DNA of 64,000 bases from a virus (Duplodnaviria > Caudoviricetes), in the IMG/VR virus record IMGVR_UViG_3300021167_000088, positions 1,699 to 65,698 of that record; one strand, written 5' to 3'. The notes under the pieces are model-generated. The model saw nothing but the letters and a program-made list of their open reading frames with translations. It was not told the DNA's origin and searched no databases. The number at the start of each line of letters is the position of its first letter. Position 1 is the stretch's first letter. This document shows positions 26,700-35,525 of this stretch, one piece after another. Both the position numbers and the translations under genes were made by a program.

Positions 26700-28030
26700 G
26701 TCGTCAGTTCCTTGAGCAGCGCGTCCATGTTGACGCCCTTGGTGTTCAGCATTTCCCAAGCGTGTTCGTCGCGTGAATCCTCAGCGACAATAACGATGGT
26801 CTCGGTCTTCTGCTTTTGGCTTATGCGATGGATACGCTTATTCCCTTGGCGATCCCAAGTGAGGTTGTAGGTCGGCGACGGCCAGATGGTCGCGATCCCT
26901 CGGGTGAAGGTGAGACCATGTGCAGCAGATTGGGGGTGAGCAAAGAGAGTCTGATACTTCCCAGCTTGATACTCAGCCTCAATTTCAGGTTTATCCGAGT
27001 CCCAGACGACATGACTGACCTTTCGTGATTTGGCGAGCTTCACCAACTCTTGAAGCTGGTGTTCCCAGAGATAAAAGACGACGGTGTGGGAACGTTCTTC
27101 GATCAGATCCATGACCAGCTCGTAACGGTCGGAGTCGATCAAGGTGTAGCCACCCGCGTCGTTGTAAATGGCGCCGCTGACACATTGCAGCAGCTTATTC
27201 ATGAGCACGGCCTTGTTCTTGGCCGTGACGGACTCATCGTTGAGAACGATCAGCGCATCGCGTTCGAGCTGGTCATAGATCTTGCGATGCTTCGCATTCA
27301 GCTCGATGGGCATGGAGTAGCGATGGTTCGCCGGGATGTCCACGCAGTCCTCAAACTTGTGACGAATCACGATGTCCGAGATCAATGCGCCGATCTGCAG
27401 TTCGATACCGGGGCGGTCTGTCCACTTCAAGTGTTGAACACTCGGCCCGGTCTGCTCGGGAATACAGCATGCGCTACGGAAGCCGAAGAACGACTTACCG
27501 AGGCGCTTGCCATCGTCGAGCAGGAACATTTGGTGCCACAAGTCACAGATGCCGTTGCTGCTCGGCGTACCGCTCATCAAGCGACGCACAGGGAAGAACT
27601 TCACCACCTTGGCCATGGCCTTGCTACGGGCACTGGTGTGATGCTTGTAAGCATCGGACTCGTCAATGACGACGCGCCCGAACTTCTTCCAGAAGGTCTT
27701 GGTGTACTTGAGCAAGTCCTTTACACCGTCGACGTTGACCACGTACACGTCAGCGTCGACAGCCATACCCTCCTTGCGGTTTTGAGCATAGACCAGACTC
27801 ACCCGGAGGTGCGGTGCTGCCTTTTTAATATCGTTATACCAAGCAGCACGCATCAAACTTTTTGGACAAAAGATAATCATGGCAAGACCATCTTTTTTAT
27901 GCTGCTTGGAAAAATCTATGATCTCAACAGCCGTCTTCCCAGTACCCGGATCAGACATGTCAAAAACTCGCGGCCTTTTAGACATGAATTTAACGGATGC
28001 TTCTTGATGCTTCATCAGTTTAAAAGTCAT
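26696..28030 (-). CDS. SNF2-family (SF2) helicase
   Basis: DPGTGKT, VVIDESD, SGTP, AHGLTF, QGNKRIHRISQ; start MTFKLMKHQ overlaps HNH stop. Confidence 0.9.
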   Translation of the reverse strand: MTFKLMKHQEASVKFMSKRPRVFDMSDPGTGKTAVEIIDFSKQHKKDGLAMIIFCPKSLMRAAWYNDIKKAAPHLRVSLVYAQNRKEGMAVDADVYVVNVDGVKDLLKYTKTFWKKFGRVVIDESDAYKHHTSARSKAMAKVVKFFPVRRLMSGTPSSNGICDLWHQMFLLDDGKRLGKSFFGFRSACCIPEQTGPSVQHLKWTDRPGIELQIGALISDIVIRHKFEDCVDIPANHRYSMPIELNAKHRKIYDQLERDALIVLNDESVTAKNKAVLMNKLLQCVSGAIYNDAGGYTLIDSDRYELVMDLIEERSHTVVFYLWEHQLQELVKLAKSRKVSHVVWDSDKPEIEAEYQAGKYQTLFAHPQSAAHGLTFTRGIATIWPSPTYNLTWDRQGNKRIHRISQKQKTETIVIVAEDSRDEHAWEMLNTKGVNMDALLKELTT

Positions 28031-28431
28031 TTTGTAAGCATCCTTTCTACGGGCCAATTCGCTTTATATCGTCTGTACAGGGTGCCCTTTGGAATCTTTA
28101 AATCTCTCGCCCATTGAGAAAGGTTCTTTGTTTGACCGTTAAAAATTATTGGTAAACAAAATCTGCGATTATTTGATTGTTCAAACTTTGTGGCCCAATG
28201 ACAATTATCTTTGGAATAATTTTTATTATTGTCTATGCGGTCAAGTGTTAAGCCATTAGCAAAACCCATGTCAGCGAAAAACTGTTGAAATGTGTTCCAT
28301 TCTGGACAAATAGAAACCCCTCGTCCGCCATAATATAAATACATTGGATGATTTTTATTAAAGCAACGGCTTCGCATATTCACCCATGAGTTATATTCGG
28401 GTGTTCCACGCATTCCATGTTTCTTACCCAT
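28027..28431 (-). CDS. HNH homing endonuclease
   Basis: HGMRGTPEYNSWVNMRSRC, YGGRGVSICPEW, LTLDRIDNNKNYSKDNCHWAT; AT-rich. Confidence 0.85.
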   Translation of the reverse strand: MGKKHGMRGTPEYNSWVNMRSRCFNKNHPMYLYYGGRGVSICPEWNTFQQFFADMGFANGLTLDRIDNNKNYSKDNCHWATKFEQSNNRRFCLPIIFNGQTKNLSQWARDLKIPKGTLYRRYKANWPVERMLTK

Positions 28432-28439
28432 ATACTCTT

Positions 28440-28679
28440 TCAGAGATTTTCAGAGTCATGTCCGCTCAATTCCAAAGTCAGGGCTGCGATGTCAGGTGTC
28501 CACTGATATTTAATGGCATTGCGTTTCTTTACCTCGCCAACGTGATGCACGTAGCGGTCAGACTCGGCGTCATAGCTCACCGAGTTGTAATTGGTTTCGA
28601 TCTTCACACCGTGTAAAAAACGCATGGTGAACTCATCAACACCAAATTCATTTGTCCTTGCTCGCGCCGGTGCGCCCAT
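28440..28679 (-). CDS. Hypothetical protein
   Basis: 79-aa ORF between the Cas4-like nuclease and HNH genes. Confidence 0.55.
   Translation of the reverse strand: MGAPARARTNEFGVDEFTMRFLHGVKIETNYNSVSYDAESDRYVHHVGEVKKRNAIKYQWTPDIAALTLELSGHDSENL
28442..28455 (-). promoter_or_regulatory. CTCTGA-N4-CTCT motif
   Basis: Minus strand CTCTGA AAAT CTCT(GA), 10 nt before the HNH start. Confidence 0.6.
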
Positions 28680-28680
28680 G

Positions 28681-29466
28681 TCATAGCCCCTTGAGTTCCG
28701 CAGCCATCAAGTCATCCATCGCCGTACTTGTCGCCTTGAAGGGCTTGAACGTCAGCGGCTTCGGGGCATTGATCGGAGCGTTAGGATCGACACCATAAAT
28801 GCAGTCGCCCTGCTTAGCGGGGCCGTATGGGCAGTAACGGCAGCTATGCACGTTCGGGTTCGGTTTGAACTCGGTCTCTTCAGTGATCTCACGACCAATG
28901 CGGTCGAAATACTTCAGATACCGGGTCAGTTGGTTACGCTTCATACCGAAAGAAGCCAATTCGTTTTGATCGAAGTACCAGAGTTCGCACGTCACGTTCT
29001 GCACTTCGGGGAAACGAATGAGCGAGGTCAGGGCATAGAGCTGAAGCTGCTCAGCGTGCTTCAGTTCATTGCCGAATCGTTTGCCGGTCTTGTAATCAAT
29101 GACTGCAGCGTGCGTTGCATCAAGGTGGCAAACTGCATCGCATTTAAGCCGGAGCCACGCTGATTTCCAAGGAGCAACGTTCCAGTCGCGGTCAAAACCC
29201 CACTCCTGTTCGCAAACGACACGCCCTTCGTTGTAGTGCCGCTGGAGGGCGGTGAGGTCTGTTGTGAAGTGCCGGAGATTCGTGGTGGTGGGAGCTTTAC
29301 CAACGACATAGTCTTCTGCCTCTTGATGGATGGCCGTACCTCTGTCTGCGGCCGTCTTGGGTTGAAGGTCTGGAACCTTATCAAGCTTCTGCAGCTTGGC
29401 CCGGTACTTGCACTCACGGAACACCTGAGCGAAGGAGAACGACCACGATGTGATACGGCCTTTCAT
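28681..29466 (-). CDS. Cas4/RecB-like PD-(D/E)xK exonuclease
   Basis: RGTAIH, CEQEW, KCDAV, VIDYKTG, QLQLYA; one N-terminal Cys plus CRYC..C Fe-S-type ligands. Confidence 0.85.
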   Translation of the reverse strand: MKGRITSWSFSFAQVFRECKYRAKLQKLDKVPDLQPKTAADRGTAIHQEAEDYVVGKAPTTTNLRHFTTDLTALQRHYNEGRVVCEQEWGFDRDWNVAPWKSAWLRLKCDAVCHLDATHAAVIDYKTGKRFGNELKHAEQLQLYALTSLIRFPEVQNVTCELWYFDQNELASFGMKRNQLTRYLKYFDRIGREITEETEFKPNPNVHSCRYCPYGPAKQGDCIYGVDPNAPINAPKPLTFKPFKATSTAMDDLMAAELKGL

Positions 29467-29468
29467 GT

Positions 29469-29798
29469 CTACTCGCCCCGCATCGCAGCACGGAGAAGCG
29501 CGAGCACTTCACGCACGTCATCGGTCTCGATGACATTAATGCCGCCACCTTTGCGACGCTCTTCGAAGTCACGAGCTTCGGCGGCTTGCAGTTCAGCCTT
29601 GACGAGTGCGTCTTCGACAGCCCGCTTTTCGTCTTCGTCGATGAGCTTTTGAAGATCGTCGGCCATGCGCTTGACGGTCAGATCGGCGATAGCAAAAGCA
29701 CGATCAACGGCGACTGCTGGGTCACCGTGAAAACAACCGATCTCTTTGACCAATTCCACCGCGAGCTGGTCGCGGACAAGTTGTTGTTCGATTTTCAT
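29469..29798 (-). CDS. Hypothetical protein
   Basis: 109-aa ORF in operon. Confidence 0.65.
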   Translation of the reverse strand: MKIEQQLVRDQLAVELVKEIGCFHGDPAVAVDRAFAIADLTVKRMADDLQKLIDEDEKRAVEDALVKAELQAAEARDFEERRKGGGINVIETDDVREVLALLRAAMRGE

Positions 29799-29801
29799 AA
29801 C

Positions 29802-29815
29802 AGAGCCTTTCAGAG
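29802..29815 (-). promoter_or_regulatory. CTCTGA-N4-CTCT motif
   Basis: Fills the intergenic gap; minus strand CTCTGA AAGG CTCT. Confidence 0.6.
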
Positions 29816-29822
29816 TGGTGGA

Positions 29823-30071
29823 TTAAATCGTAACGCCGTCGAGGCGCAGGCCGAGGTGGCGAACACCGACACGCTTCATTACCGCCATGCGAGCCATCTT
29901 GGCGCCGGGATAGCCGTGCGGTAGGTCGGACTTGTTACGACCACCTTTGCGTGGGCGAGCCGGGTTGTAGCCAAAGCCGTGGTGCTTGGCGCCGCCAACT
30001 TGAATGATTGAAGGCATGTTGATGTTGGCTAATGCAGCACCAAGCAGAGTCATAATGTTGAGCTTTTTCAT
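29823..30071 (-). CDS. Hypothetical basic protein
   Basis: 82-aa ORF, ATGA overlap with upstream gene. Confidence 0.55.
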   Translation of the reverse strand: MKKLNIMTLLGAALANINMPSIIQVGGAKHHGFGYNPARPRKGGRNKSDLPHGYPGAKMARMAVMKRVGVRHLGLRLDGVTI

Positions 30072-30448
30072 GTTGATTCCTTCATGTAAATGAGCGTGGG
30101 TTCAGTGCATTCTTCATAGCGCTCAAAGCCCAGAAAATCGCCGGGCAACTTATTGAGATACGGTGTGATCCAGTCGATAAAAGTGTCGATCTCGCTTTCG
30201 TAATTCTTGAGATTGCCGCGCACTTGTAAGCAATGCGTATCGGTGCAATTGAAGTAACCCGGACCGTCAAAGTAGCAGCTCATGTCACTGCCAATACAAC
30301 GCCACCGACTAAGCGCAAAGAGTGGGTGTGAAGGTAGAGATTCAGGTTTCCAATCCCAGTCTTGTCAGTTCTTCAGCAGCTCGATAATTTCTGTCGGCGT
30401 GTCTTTCTTCAGTTTTGCATCGAAACAGAAATCTGTGTACATCCCCAT
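30068..30448 (-). pseudogene. 126-codon gene broken by an in-frame TGA
   Basis: MGMYTDFCFDAKLKKDTPTEIIELLKN*QDWDWKP...MSCYFDG...NLKNYESEIDTFIDWI; TGA at 30365-30367 in frame with track ORF 30068..30283. Confidence 0.65.
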
Positions 30449-30450
30449 GA

Positions 30451-32832
30451 TTACTTTACCTTCCTTAAAGTTGGCTTAGAGAGTTTCAGAGCCTTGGTTA
30501 ATTCTTGACGGAGATCGTCGGACATGACCCAGCGCACATCCATCCCGTAGGTCTTCTGACCGTTGTGACGGATCTGACGTGTCTCGATGCCGTTGTGGCG
30601 TAGCAGGCTGGTGAATTTGTTCGGTGTCACCGGCATAGAGCCAACGTTGTATTGCAGAATGATTTGCAGCTCGTCTCGTGAGACGGTGCCAACAGGGTTC
30701 TCGATAATCTCGCGAGCCAGCCGGCGCATGAGCATGCAGTAGGCTTGAGCATTCTGCGTGTGTTGTGTGACGATGCCGGAAGCGTTCATCAACTTCTCGT
30801 CCGGCATCGCCAGCCACAGTGTGTCGAAGTCTCCGTTGGTAACGGAGCGACACGTTTCCGTGATGCTGTTGACGGAGAGACGCGCAATACGATCACGGGC
30901 CTCGGTCTGCATCACGGTGTTCGCAGCTTGGATGTCAGCCTTGTGGGCCAGCAACCAAGCAGCAAAGTCTTCAAGCTCTTTGCTCACGATTTCGTCGTCG
31001 GGCCTAGCGAGCTTGCCGCCTTGAAAATTGCCGACGTTGTAGCGGCGATCAGTCTCTGGGATGTAAACAGGTCGCGGACGATTGGAGCTGAAAAGAAATG
31101 ATACGGTGTTGGGTACGTCAATAGTCTGTTGACGCATTCGACGTAAAGCCATAGTGGGTTCAGTGATGTAATTGCGCAGCTTAGCTGTGACTTTTCCTTG
31201 CTCTTTGAAATCATCTACGTCGACCTCGTCAATAAATACGAACAACTTGCCTTCCAAGAAACCGTTGAACTGGTCTTCAACACTGCTGACAACCACGCTC
31301 ATGGAATTCTTGGCACCGAGCAACTTCATTGCAATCTTGTTGACGAAGTAGCCTTTACCCGTACCCTCAATGCCGTGGGCTACCCACGCAGTAAGGGGTT
31401 TGGTTTTGCGTTGAAAAATGCACGCGAACCAGTTAAGAAAGTGTTCCACCAGCTTGTCGTCTTCGGCGACTCCTTCAACACAGCCGAGCATGTGCCGGAC
31501 GATTCCTTTAATCGTCGGGAACGTGGCTTCGGCGTTGGGGGTGACGGACATGTACGGTGTTGGTACGAATTGATTGATGCGGTGTCCTTCTTCATCAACC
31601 ACCCATGTTCCGTGAACGTCGTAGACGATGTCCCAGATAGGAATGAATTCACCAAGCACACGACCATGACTACGCATCCAGTGATCGAGCTGAGTTTCAT
31701 TCTTCGCACGATACAGATCCAAGGATTGCTTCGTCGGATTCCACAGGCCGTTGTAATACTCGGCGGATTTTAAATCACGGAAGGCGAGGATCAGGTCACC
31801 GTCGATGGTGGGGGTTGCGTTCAGAACATCACGCGACTCGACGAGTGACTGGTAGTAACCGGGAACGAGTTCCTTGGTCTTGTACCAAGCGTCGGACTTG
31901 AAGTCATGGATCAGTTCAAAATTGTCCTTAGCATGCCAGTAAGCCCAACTATCGCCGCCATTGAGATTGAGGCGGATGAAGTCACCAGAGTCACGAACAC
32001 TAGTGACCGTACAAATATCTGGCTTGTTGTGTACTTCACAGGTGCCAATGATCGTAGTCTTGGCGGTACGGACAGGTAGCCCTTCTGCTTTGCGGAGACG
32101 GTTGAGTACGCTCCGTTCTGTAGTCTTGAGTGCATTGATGTGTGCTCCACCTATGCGTTGAGTGGGAATCTTGGCCAGCTTCTTTTTGACCAGAGTAATA
32201 CGCTGCTTGCCGAGTGGGTCTTTGATACCTTTGCCGAAGATCGGCGTGGCGATGTACAGCAGCTTGTCGTTCTGACAGGTGGTGATGTCTAGCGGCCAGC
32301 GCAGGATTGTCTTATTGCGTGACAATTCGAGCGAGTCTTCCAGATGCTTGAAGTTTAGATCCATGAGCCACGCCTTGTACTCAGGGGCGGGCATGAAGCC
32401 ATCGACCAGCATGAAGACGTGTGCGGACTGCGTACCTTCGGTGCCTGGCATGCCGTGCGAGGCGCTGTACTGTAGAACGTAGGACACATCACCCAGACCC
32501 ATGCGGATCAATTCACCGTCGATATTCGGTGCTTCATGGCGGTCAAAGTCGAGGCAGACCCAGTCGGATGTGGAGTCGGTAGAGGTGGTGCCTTTGCGCG
32601 ATTCAGTAACCAGATTTCGTGATAGCTGGCCTTTAACGAGGCAGTGGCCAAGATCGGCGTGGGTGATGATTGCATTGCAGAGTTCGGAGATGGTCTTGAC
32701 TTCTTCCTTGTGGCTCGTGAACTTGCCTACGAGCGGGTAAGAGTCTTTAAGGATTGCGCCGTTTTCGGCGTAGAAGCGCTTGGTCAGAGGAACGGCGGGT
32801 GCCGTTGCCTCTAAAAAGTACACAGTCGTCAT
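30451..32832 (-). CDS. AEP primase-polymerase fused to SF3 (D5-like) helicase
   Basis: CLDFD, QYSASH, SAHVF (AEP motifs); HGIEGTGKG Walker A, FVFIDEV Walker B, FLFSSN motif C. Confidence 0.88.
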   Translation of the reverse strand: MTTVYFLEATAPAVPLTKRFYAENGAILKDSYPLVGKFTSHKEEVKTISELCNAIITHADLGHCLVKGQLSRNLVTESRKGTTSTDSTSDWVCLDFDRHEAPNIDGELIRMGLGDVSYVLQYSASHGMPGTEGTQSAHVFMLVDGFMPAPEYKAWLMDLNFKHLEDSLELSRNKTILRWPLDITTCQNDKLLYIATPIFGKGIKDPLGKQRITLVKKKLAKIPTQRIGGAHINALKTTERSVLNRLRKAEGLPVRTAKTTIIGTCEVHNKPDICTVTSVRDSGDFIRLNLNGGDSWAYWHAKDNFELIHDFKSDAWYKTKELVPGYYQSLVESRDVLNATPTIDGDLILAFRDLKSAEYYNGLWNPTKQSLDLYRAKNETQLDHWMRSHGRVLGEFIPIWDIVYDVHGTWVVDEEGHRINQFVPTPYMSVTPNAEATFPTIKGIVRHMLGCVEGVAEDDKLVEHFLNWFACIFQRKTKPLTAWVAHGIEGTGKGYFVNKIAMKLLGAKNSMSVVVSSVEDQFNGFLEGKLFVFIDEVDVDDFKEQGKVTAKLRNYITEPTMALRRMRQQTIDVPNTVSFLFSSNRPRPVYIPETDRRYNVGNFQGGKLARPDDEIVSKELEDFAAWLLAHKADIQAANTVMQTEARDRIARLSVNSITETCRSVTNGDFDTLWLAMPDEKLMNASGIVTQHTQNAQAYCMLMRRLAREIIENPVGTVSRDELQIILQYNVGSMPVTPNKFTSLLRHNGIETRQIRHNGQKTYGMDVRWVMSDDLRQELTKALKLSKPTLRKVK
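30478..30491 (-). promoter_or_regulatory. CTCTGA-N4-CTCT motif
   Basis: Minus strand CTCTGA AACT CTCT at the primase 3' end, 29 nt before the 30448 start. Confidence 0.6.
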
Positions 32833-32865
32833 ATGGAATTACCTCGGGTTGAACTAAAGTTTATC

Positions 32866-32879
32866 AGAGTCCGTCAGAG
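32866..32879 (-). promoter_or_regulatory. CTCTGA-N4-CTCT motif
   Basis: Upstream of primase; minus strand CTCTGA CGGA CTCT(GA). Confidence 0.6.
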
Positions 32880-32914
32880 TTGCAAGGACGGGAACTGACC
32901 CGAGAGTCAGTAAG

Positions 32915-33292
32915 CTATGAGGTGTTCGTCTTCGTGGTGGCGAGTGCTTCTCGCAACGCGTCAGATGATACGCAGGTCTTTTGCCACTGATTCGTTGTAC
33001 CAAGCGTACCCATGTAAGCACTCATAATTGGCAGAATTTCATTATGCGTCTCTACTACTAGATTTCCCGCACTTCGCAAACGCTCAGCGTCAGCCTTGTA
33101 CTCGGCAAGCTGGCGCTTGAGTTCGTCGCACTTGGTACGCCACCCTTCAGCAACTTTTTCGACTCTGGCTGGAAACTGTACCTGCTTGATGTCGTCATTC
33201 TCAGCCTTGAGTTTCGCGATCTGCGTGCGGAGGGCTTCGATTTCAGTTCCTTGATACTCAAAACCGCAGTTAAAGCATTTAAGTTTGGCCAT
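32915..33292 (-). CDS. Hypothetical protein (CxxC plus coiled coil)
   Basis: MAKLKCFNCG...coiled coil; start could be 33322. Confidence 0.55.
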   Translation of the reverse strand: MAKLKCFNCGFEYQGTEIEALRTQIAKLKAENDDIKQVQFPARVEKVAEGWRTKCDELKRQLAEYKADAERLRSAGNLVVETHNEILPIMSAYMGTLGTTNQWQKTCVSSDALREALATTKTNTS

Positions 33293-33302
33293 CTCAGTCT
33301 TC

Positions 33303-33437
33303 TTATAACGAATCCCAAACATGGGCGAATTTAAGTGAATAACAATTACAAGCTATTCCCTCTGGAAGTTTTTGGCTAAAGAAAGCCTCTTCGTATTCGG
33401 TATTCCAGAAAAAGTCATATTGTTGATTAATAAACAT
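33303..33437 (-). CDS. Small hypothetical protein (44 aa)
   Basis: MFINQQYDFFWNTEYEEAFF...; begins 1 nt after the upstream stop; AT-rich. Confidence 0.35.
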   Translation of the reverse strand: MFINQQYDFFWNTEYEEAFFSQKLPEGIACNCYSLKFAHVWDSL

Positions 33438-33438
33438 C

Positions 33439-33960
33439 TCAATCCCCTAGTTCCGGTTGCCACTCGCCTGATTTACGCTTACGCGCAAATTCATCCAATT
33501 CAAATTCTGCGTACAAACTCCCGTTTAGTTGAAACTCAGTAAGGGGGATTTCATTCTTTGTGCCAGCCATAGCACGGCAGTGAAACGTAGTAGCCACATC
33601 TCGCAGCAACTTCGCATCCCACACCCTGTCTCTAGCCTCAAGGAGTTCGGTGGATGGACACAAGGCAACAGCCCCGATAACATGACCAACAAGGTGACTT
33701 GGCTCCACATACTCAATGCGGCGTAGTAGATCGTTCTTAGCCTCAATCGCCACCAGCAGTGCGGCGTTCTCCTGCTGCAACTGCTTCAGAGCCTCCTTCG
33801 GCGTTTGCAAGTCAAGTTGCTCTTGCAGGATAGCAATCTGCATCTCAAGCTGCACCTCAAGCTCGGCCATTCGCCTACAGCATTCTCCATGAATTGCAGC
33901 ATCCTTAGCCCCAATCGCCACCAGCAGCGCGGCGATTTTGGTTTCTGGTTCCTTGCTCAT
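33439..33960 (-). CDS. Hypothetical protein with internal duplication
   Basis: AALLVAIGAK and AALLVAIEAK; RBS aaggag. Confidence 0.6.
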   Translation of the reverse strand: MSKEPETKIAALLVAIGAKDAAIHGECCRRMAELEVQLEMQIAILQEQLDLQTPKEALKQLQQENAALLVAIEAKNDLLRRIEYVEPSHLVGHVIGAVALCPSTELLEARDRVWDAKLLRDVATTFHCRAMAGTKNEIPLTEFQLNGSLYAEFELDEFARKRKSGEWQPELGD

Positions 33961-34023
33961 TTTGTTTCTCCTTTCGGCGCGGCTGCGAAGTCTTCCAGTT
34001 CATGTAACCAGAAGTCCCCATCG

Positions 34024-34076
34024 CCACCGACATCCTGCTTACAAGGCAGGCGCTCTTCCAACTGAGCTAACCGGGC
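34024..34076 (-). pseudogene. 5' two-thirds of a tRNA-Thr(TGT)
   Basis: GCCCGGT TA GCTC AGTTGGAA GAGC G CCTGC CTTGTAA GCAGG ATGTC GGTGG: acceptor 5' strand, D arm, anticodon arm, variable loop, 5' T stem; T loop and 3' end absent. Confidence 0.75.
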
Positions 34077-34119
34077 GTTGAGTCTGACGTACTCTGGCAG
34101 AGAATCAGAGTTATAAAGT

Positions 34120-34995
34120 TTACTTCGGTGCGTGTGCTTGGCACATGGCCAGCAAAGGAGCTTTCCATTGCACCCAGAATTCGAGTGCGCCTAAGTCCAT
34201 TTCGCTGATTTGCTCGTCGGTGAATTCGGCCCACTCGGCATGTGTAAAGAGCTTGCAGCCAAGGCGCATAAAGCCATCGGAAATCAGGCACCAGTAGCGC
34301 AGGCCGACAATCGAAAGCGGGTTCTTGGTGATTTTTTCACCGTCCAGATTGGCACCGCGTAGATCGGCACCGTACAGATTGGCACCGCGCAAATTGGCAC
34401 TGCGCAGATTGGCATCGTACAGATCGGCACCGCGCAAATTGGCACTGCGTAGATCGGCACTGCGCAGATTGGCACCGCGCAAATTGGCACCGTACAGATT
34501 GGCACCGTACAGATTGGCACCGCGCAAATTGGCACCGTACAGATTGGCACCGTCCAGATTGGCACTGCGCAGATTGGCACCTTGCAGATCGGCATCGCGC
34601 AAATTGGCACTGCGCAGATTGGCACCGTGCAGATCGGCACCGTCCAGATTGGCACCTTGCAGATTGGCATCGTACAGATTGGCATCGTACAGATCGGCAT
34701 CGCGCAAATTGGCACTGCGCAGATCGGCACCGTGCAGATTGGCATCGCGCAAATTGGCACTGCGCAAATTGGCACTGCGCAGATTGGCACCGTACAGATT
34801 GGCACCGCGCAAATTGGCACCTTGCAGATCGGCACTGCGCAGATTGGCACCGCGCAAATTGGCACCGTACAGATTGGCACCGCGCAGATTGGCACTGCGC
34901 AGATTGGCCTTTCCTTGCTCCGCAGCTTCTTTAATCGTTGCTACGTTGAACTCGCACAGCGTCTGTTCTGAGCAGTGATGCTTGATTGCAATCAT
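34120..34995 (-). CDS. Pentapeptide repeat protein
   Basis: 38 consecutive A(N/D)Lx(G/S/D) repeats followed by a ~70-aa globular C-terminal domain. Confidence 0.95.
   Translation of the reverse strand: MIAIKHHCSEQTLCEFNVATIKEAAEQGKANLRSANLRGANLYGANLRGANLRSADLQGANLRGANLYGANLRSANLRSANLRDANLHGADLRSANLRDADLYDANLYDANLQGANLDGADLHGANLRSANLRDADLQGANLRSANLDGANLYGANLRGANLYGANLYGANLRGANLRSADLRSANLRGADLYDANLRSANLRGANLYGADLRGANLDGEKITKNPLSIVGLRYWCLISDGFMRLGCKLFTHAEWAEFTDEQISEMDLGALEFWVQWKAPLLAMCQAHAPK
34339..34908. repeat. 15-bp tandem repeat, 38 units (coding)
   Basis: Units such as gattggcaccgtaca and aattggcactgcgca are highly homogeneous at DNA level. Confidence 0.95.
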
Positions 34996-35034
34996 TTCAG
35001 TTCTCCTAAAGCTTGTTTCGATAAGTTGAAAAGC

Positions 35035-35520
35035 TCATAAAAACTCCAGTTTTTTGGGTTCTGGTTTAAGTTCATCGAAAGCGAGCGTGTTGATCATTTC
35101 TCTAACCACACGCTGTCCGGTCTGGGTCACAGCCGAAGCTCGACTGTCCGCGAAGGCGAAGTTGAGATCTTTGATGACGAGGACGTAATGCTCGGTAGGT
35201 TCGTCGTCATCGTCTTGATCTGTTTGCCAGTTGTAGTACAGATCGTTGAGATCGAACTGATTCAACGAGCTGTCTTTGTGCAGCATGATGAATTGATACG
35301 TATCATCAGTTGCAATCATCAACGATTCATGGGCTACGCGTTTGAAGTCGGGCAGGTCGTCGTCTTTCTTCAACACGATGTCGCTGTGGATGCAGAGCGC
35401 ACCATCATGGACATCGTGCAGACCGTCAGCCGCGTACAGCTCGAAGACCGGTTCACCTCGCGCCTCGCGCTCGTAGCAGATAGCTGCTATCTGCGCGTGG
35501 ATGATCTTAGGTGATAGCAT
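35035..35520 (-). CDS. Hypothetical acidic protein
   Basis: 161-aa ORF in the early operon. Confidence 0.65.
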   Translation of the reverse strand: MLSPKIIHAQIAAICYEREARGEPVFELYAADGLHDVHDGALCIHSDIVLKKDDDLPDFKRVAHESLMIATDDTYQFIMLHKDSSLNQFDLNDLYYNWQTDQDDDDEPTEHYVLVIKDLNFAFADSRASAVTQTGQRVVREMINTLAFDELKPEPKKLEFL

Positions 35521-35525
35521 GATGT

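Noticed and set aside
11432-30367. Stop-codon reassignment suggested by in-frame TAG/TGA in three genes
   Set aside because: The stops are of two types; long core genes (2757 aa, 793 aa) have none; TAG and TGA end normally coupled genes (26526 TAG overlapping the next GTG; many ATGA overlaps); no suppressor tRNA. Ordinary nonsense mutations fit better.
33957-34120. Open frame across the tRNA-Thr fragment (YVRLNARLAQLEERLPCKQDVGG...)
   Set aside because: No start codon or RBS; the cloverleaf arms explain the sequence better.
34339-34908. CRISPR array or DGR variable region
   Set aside because: Contiguous 15-bp units without spacers that encode pentapeptide repeats; no cas operon or reverse transcriptase in the window.
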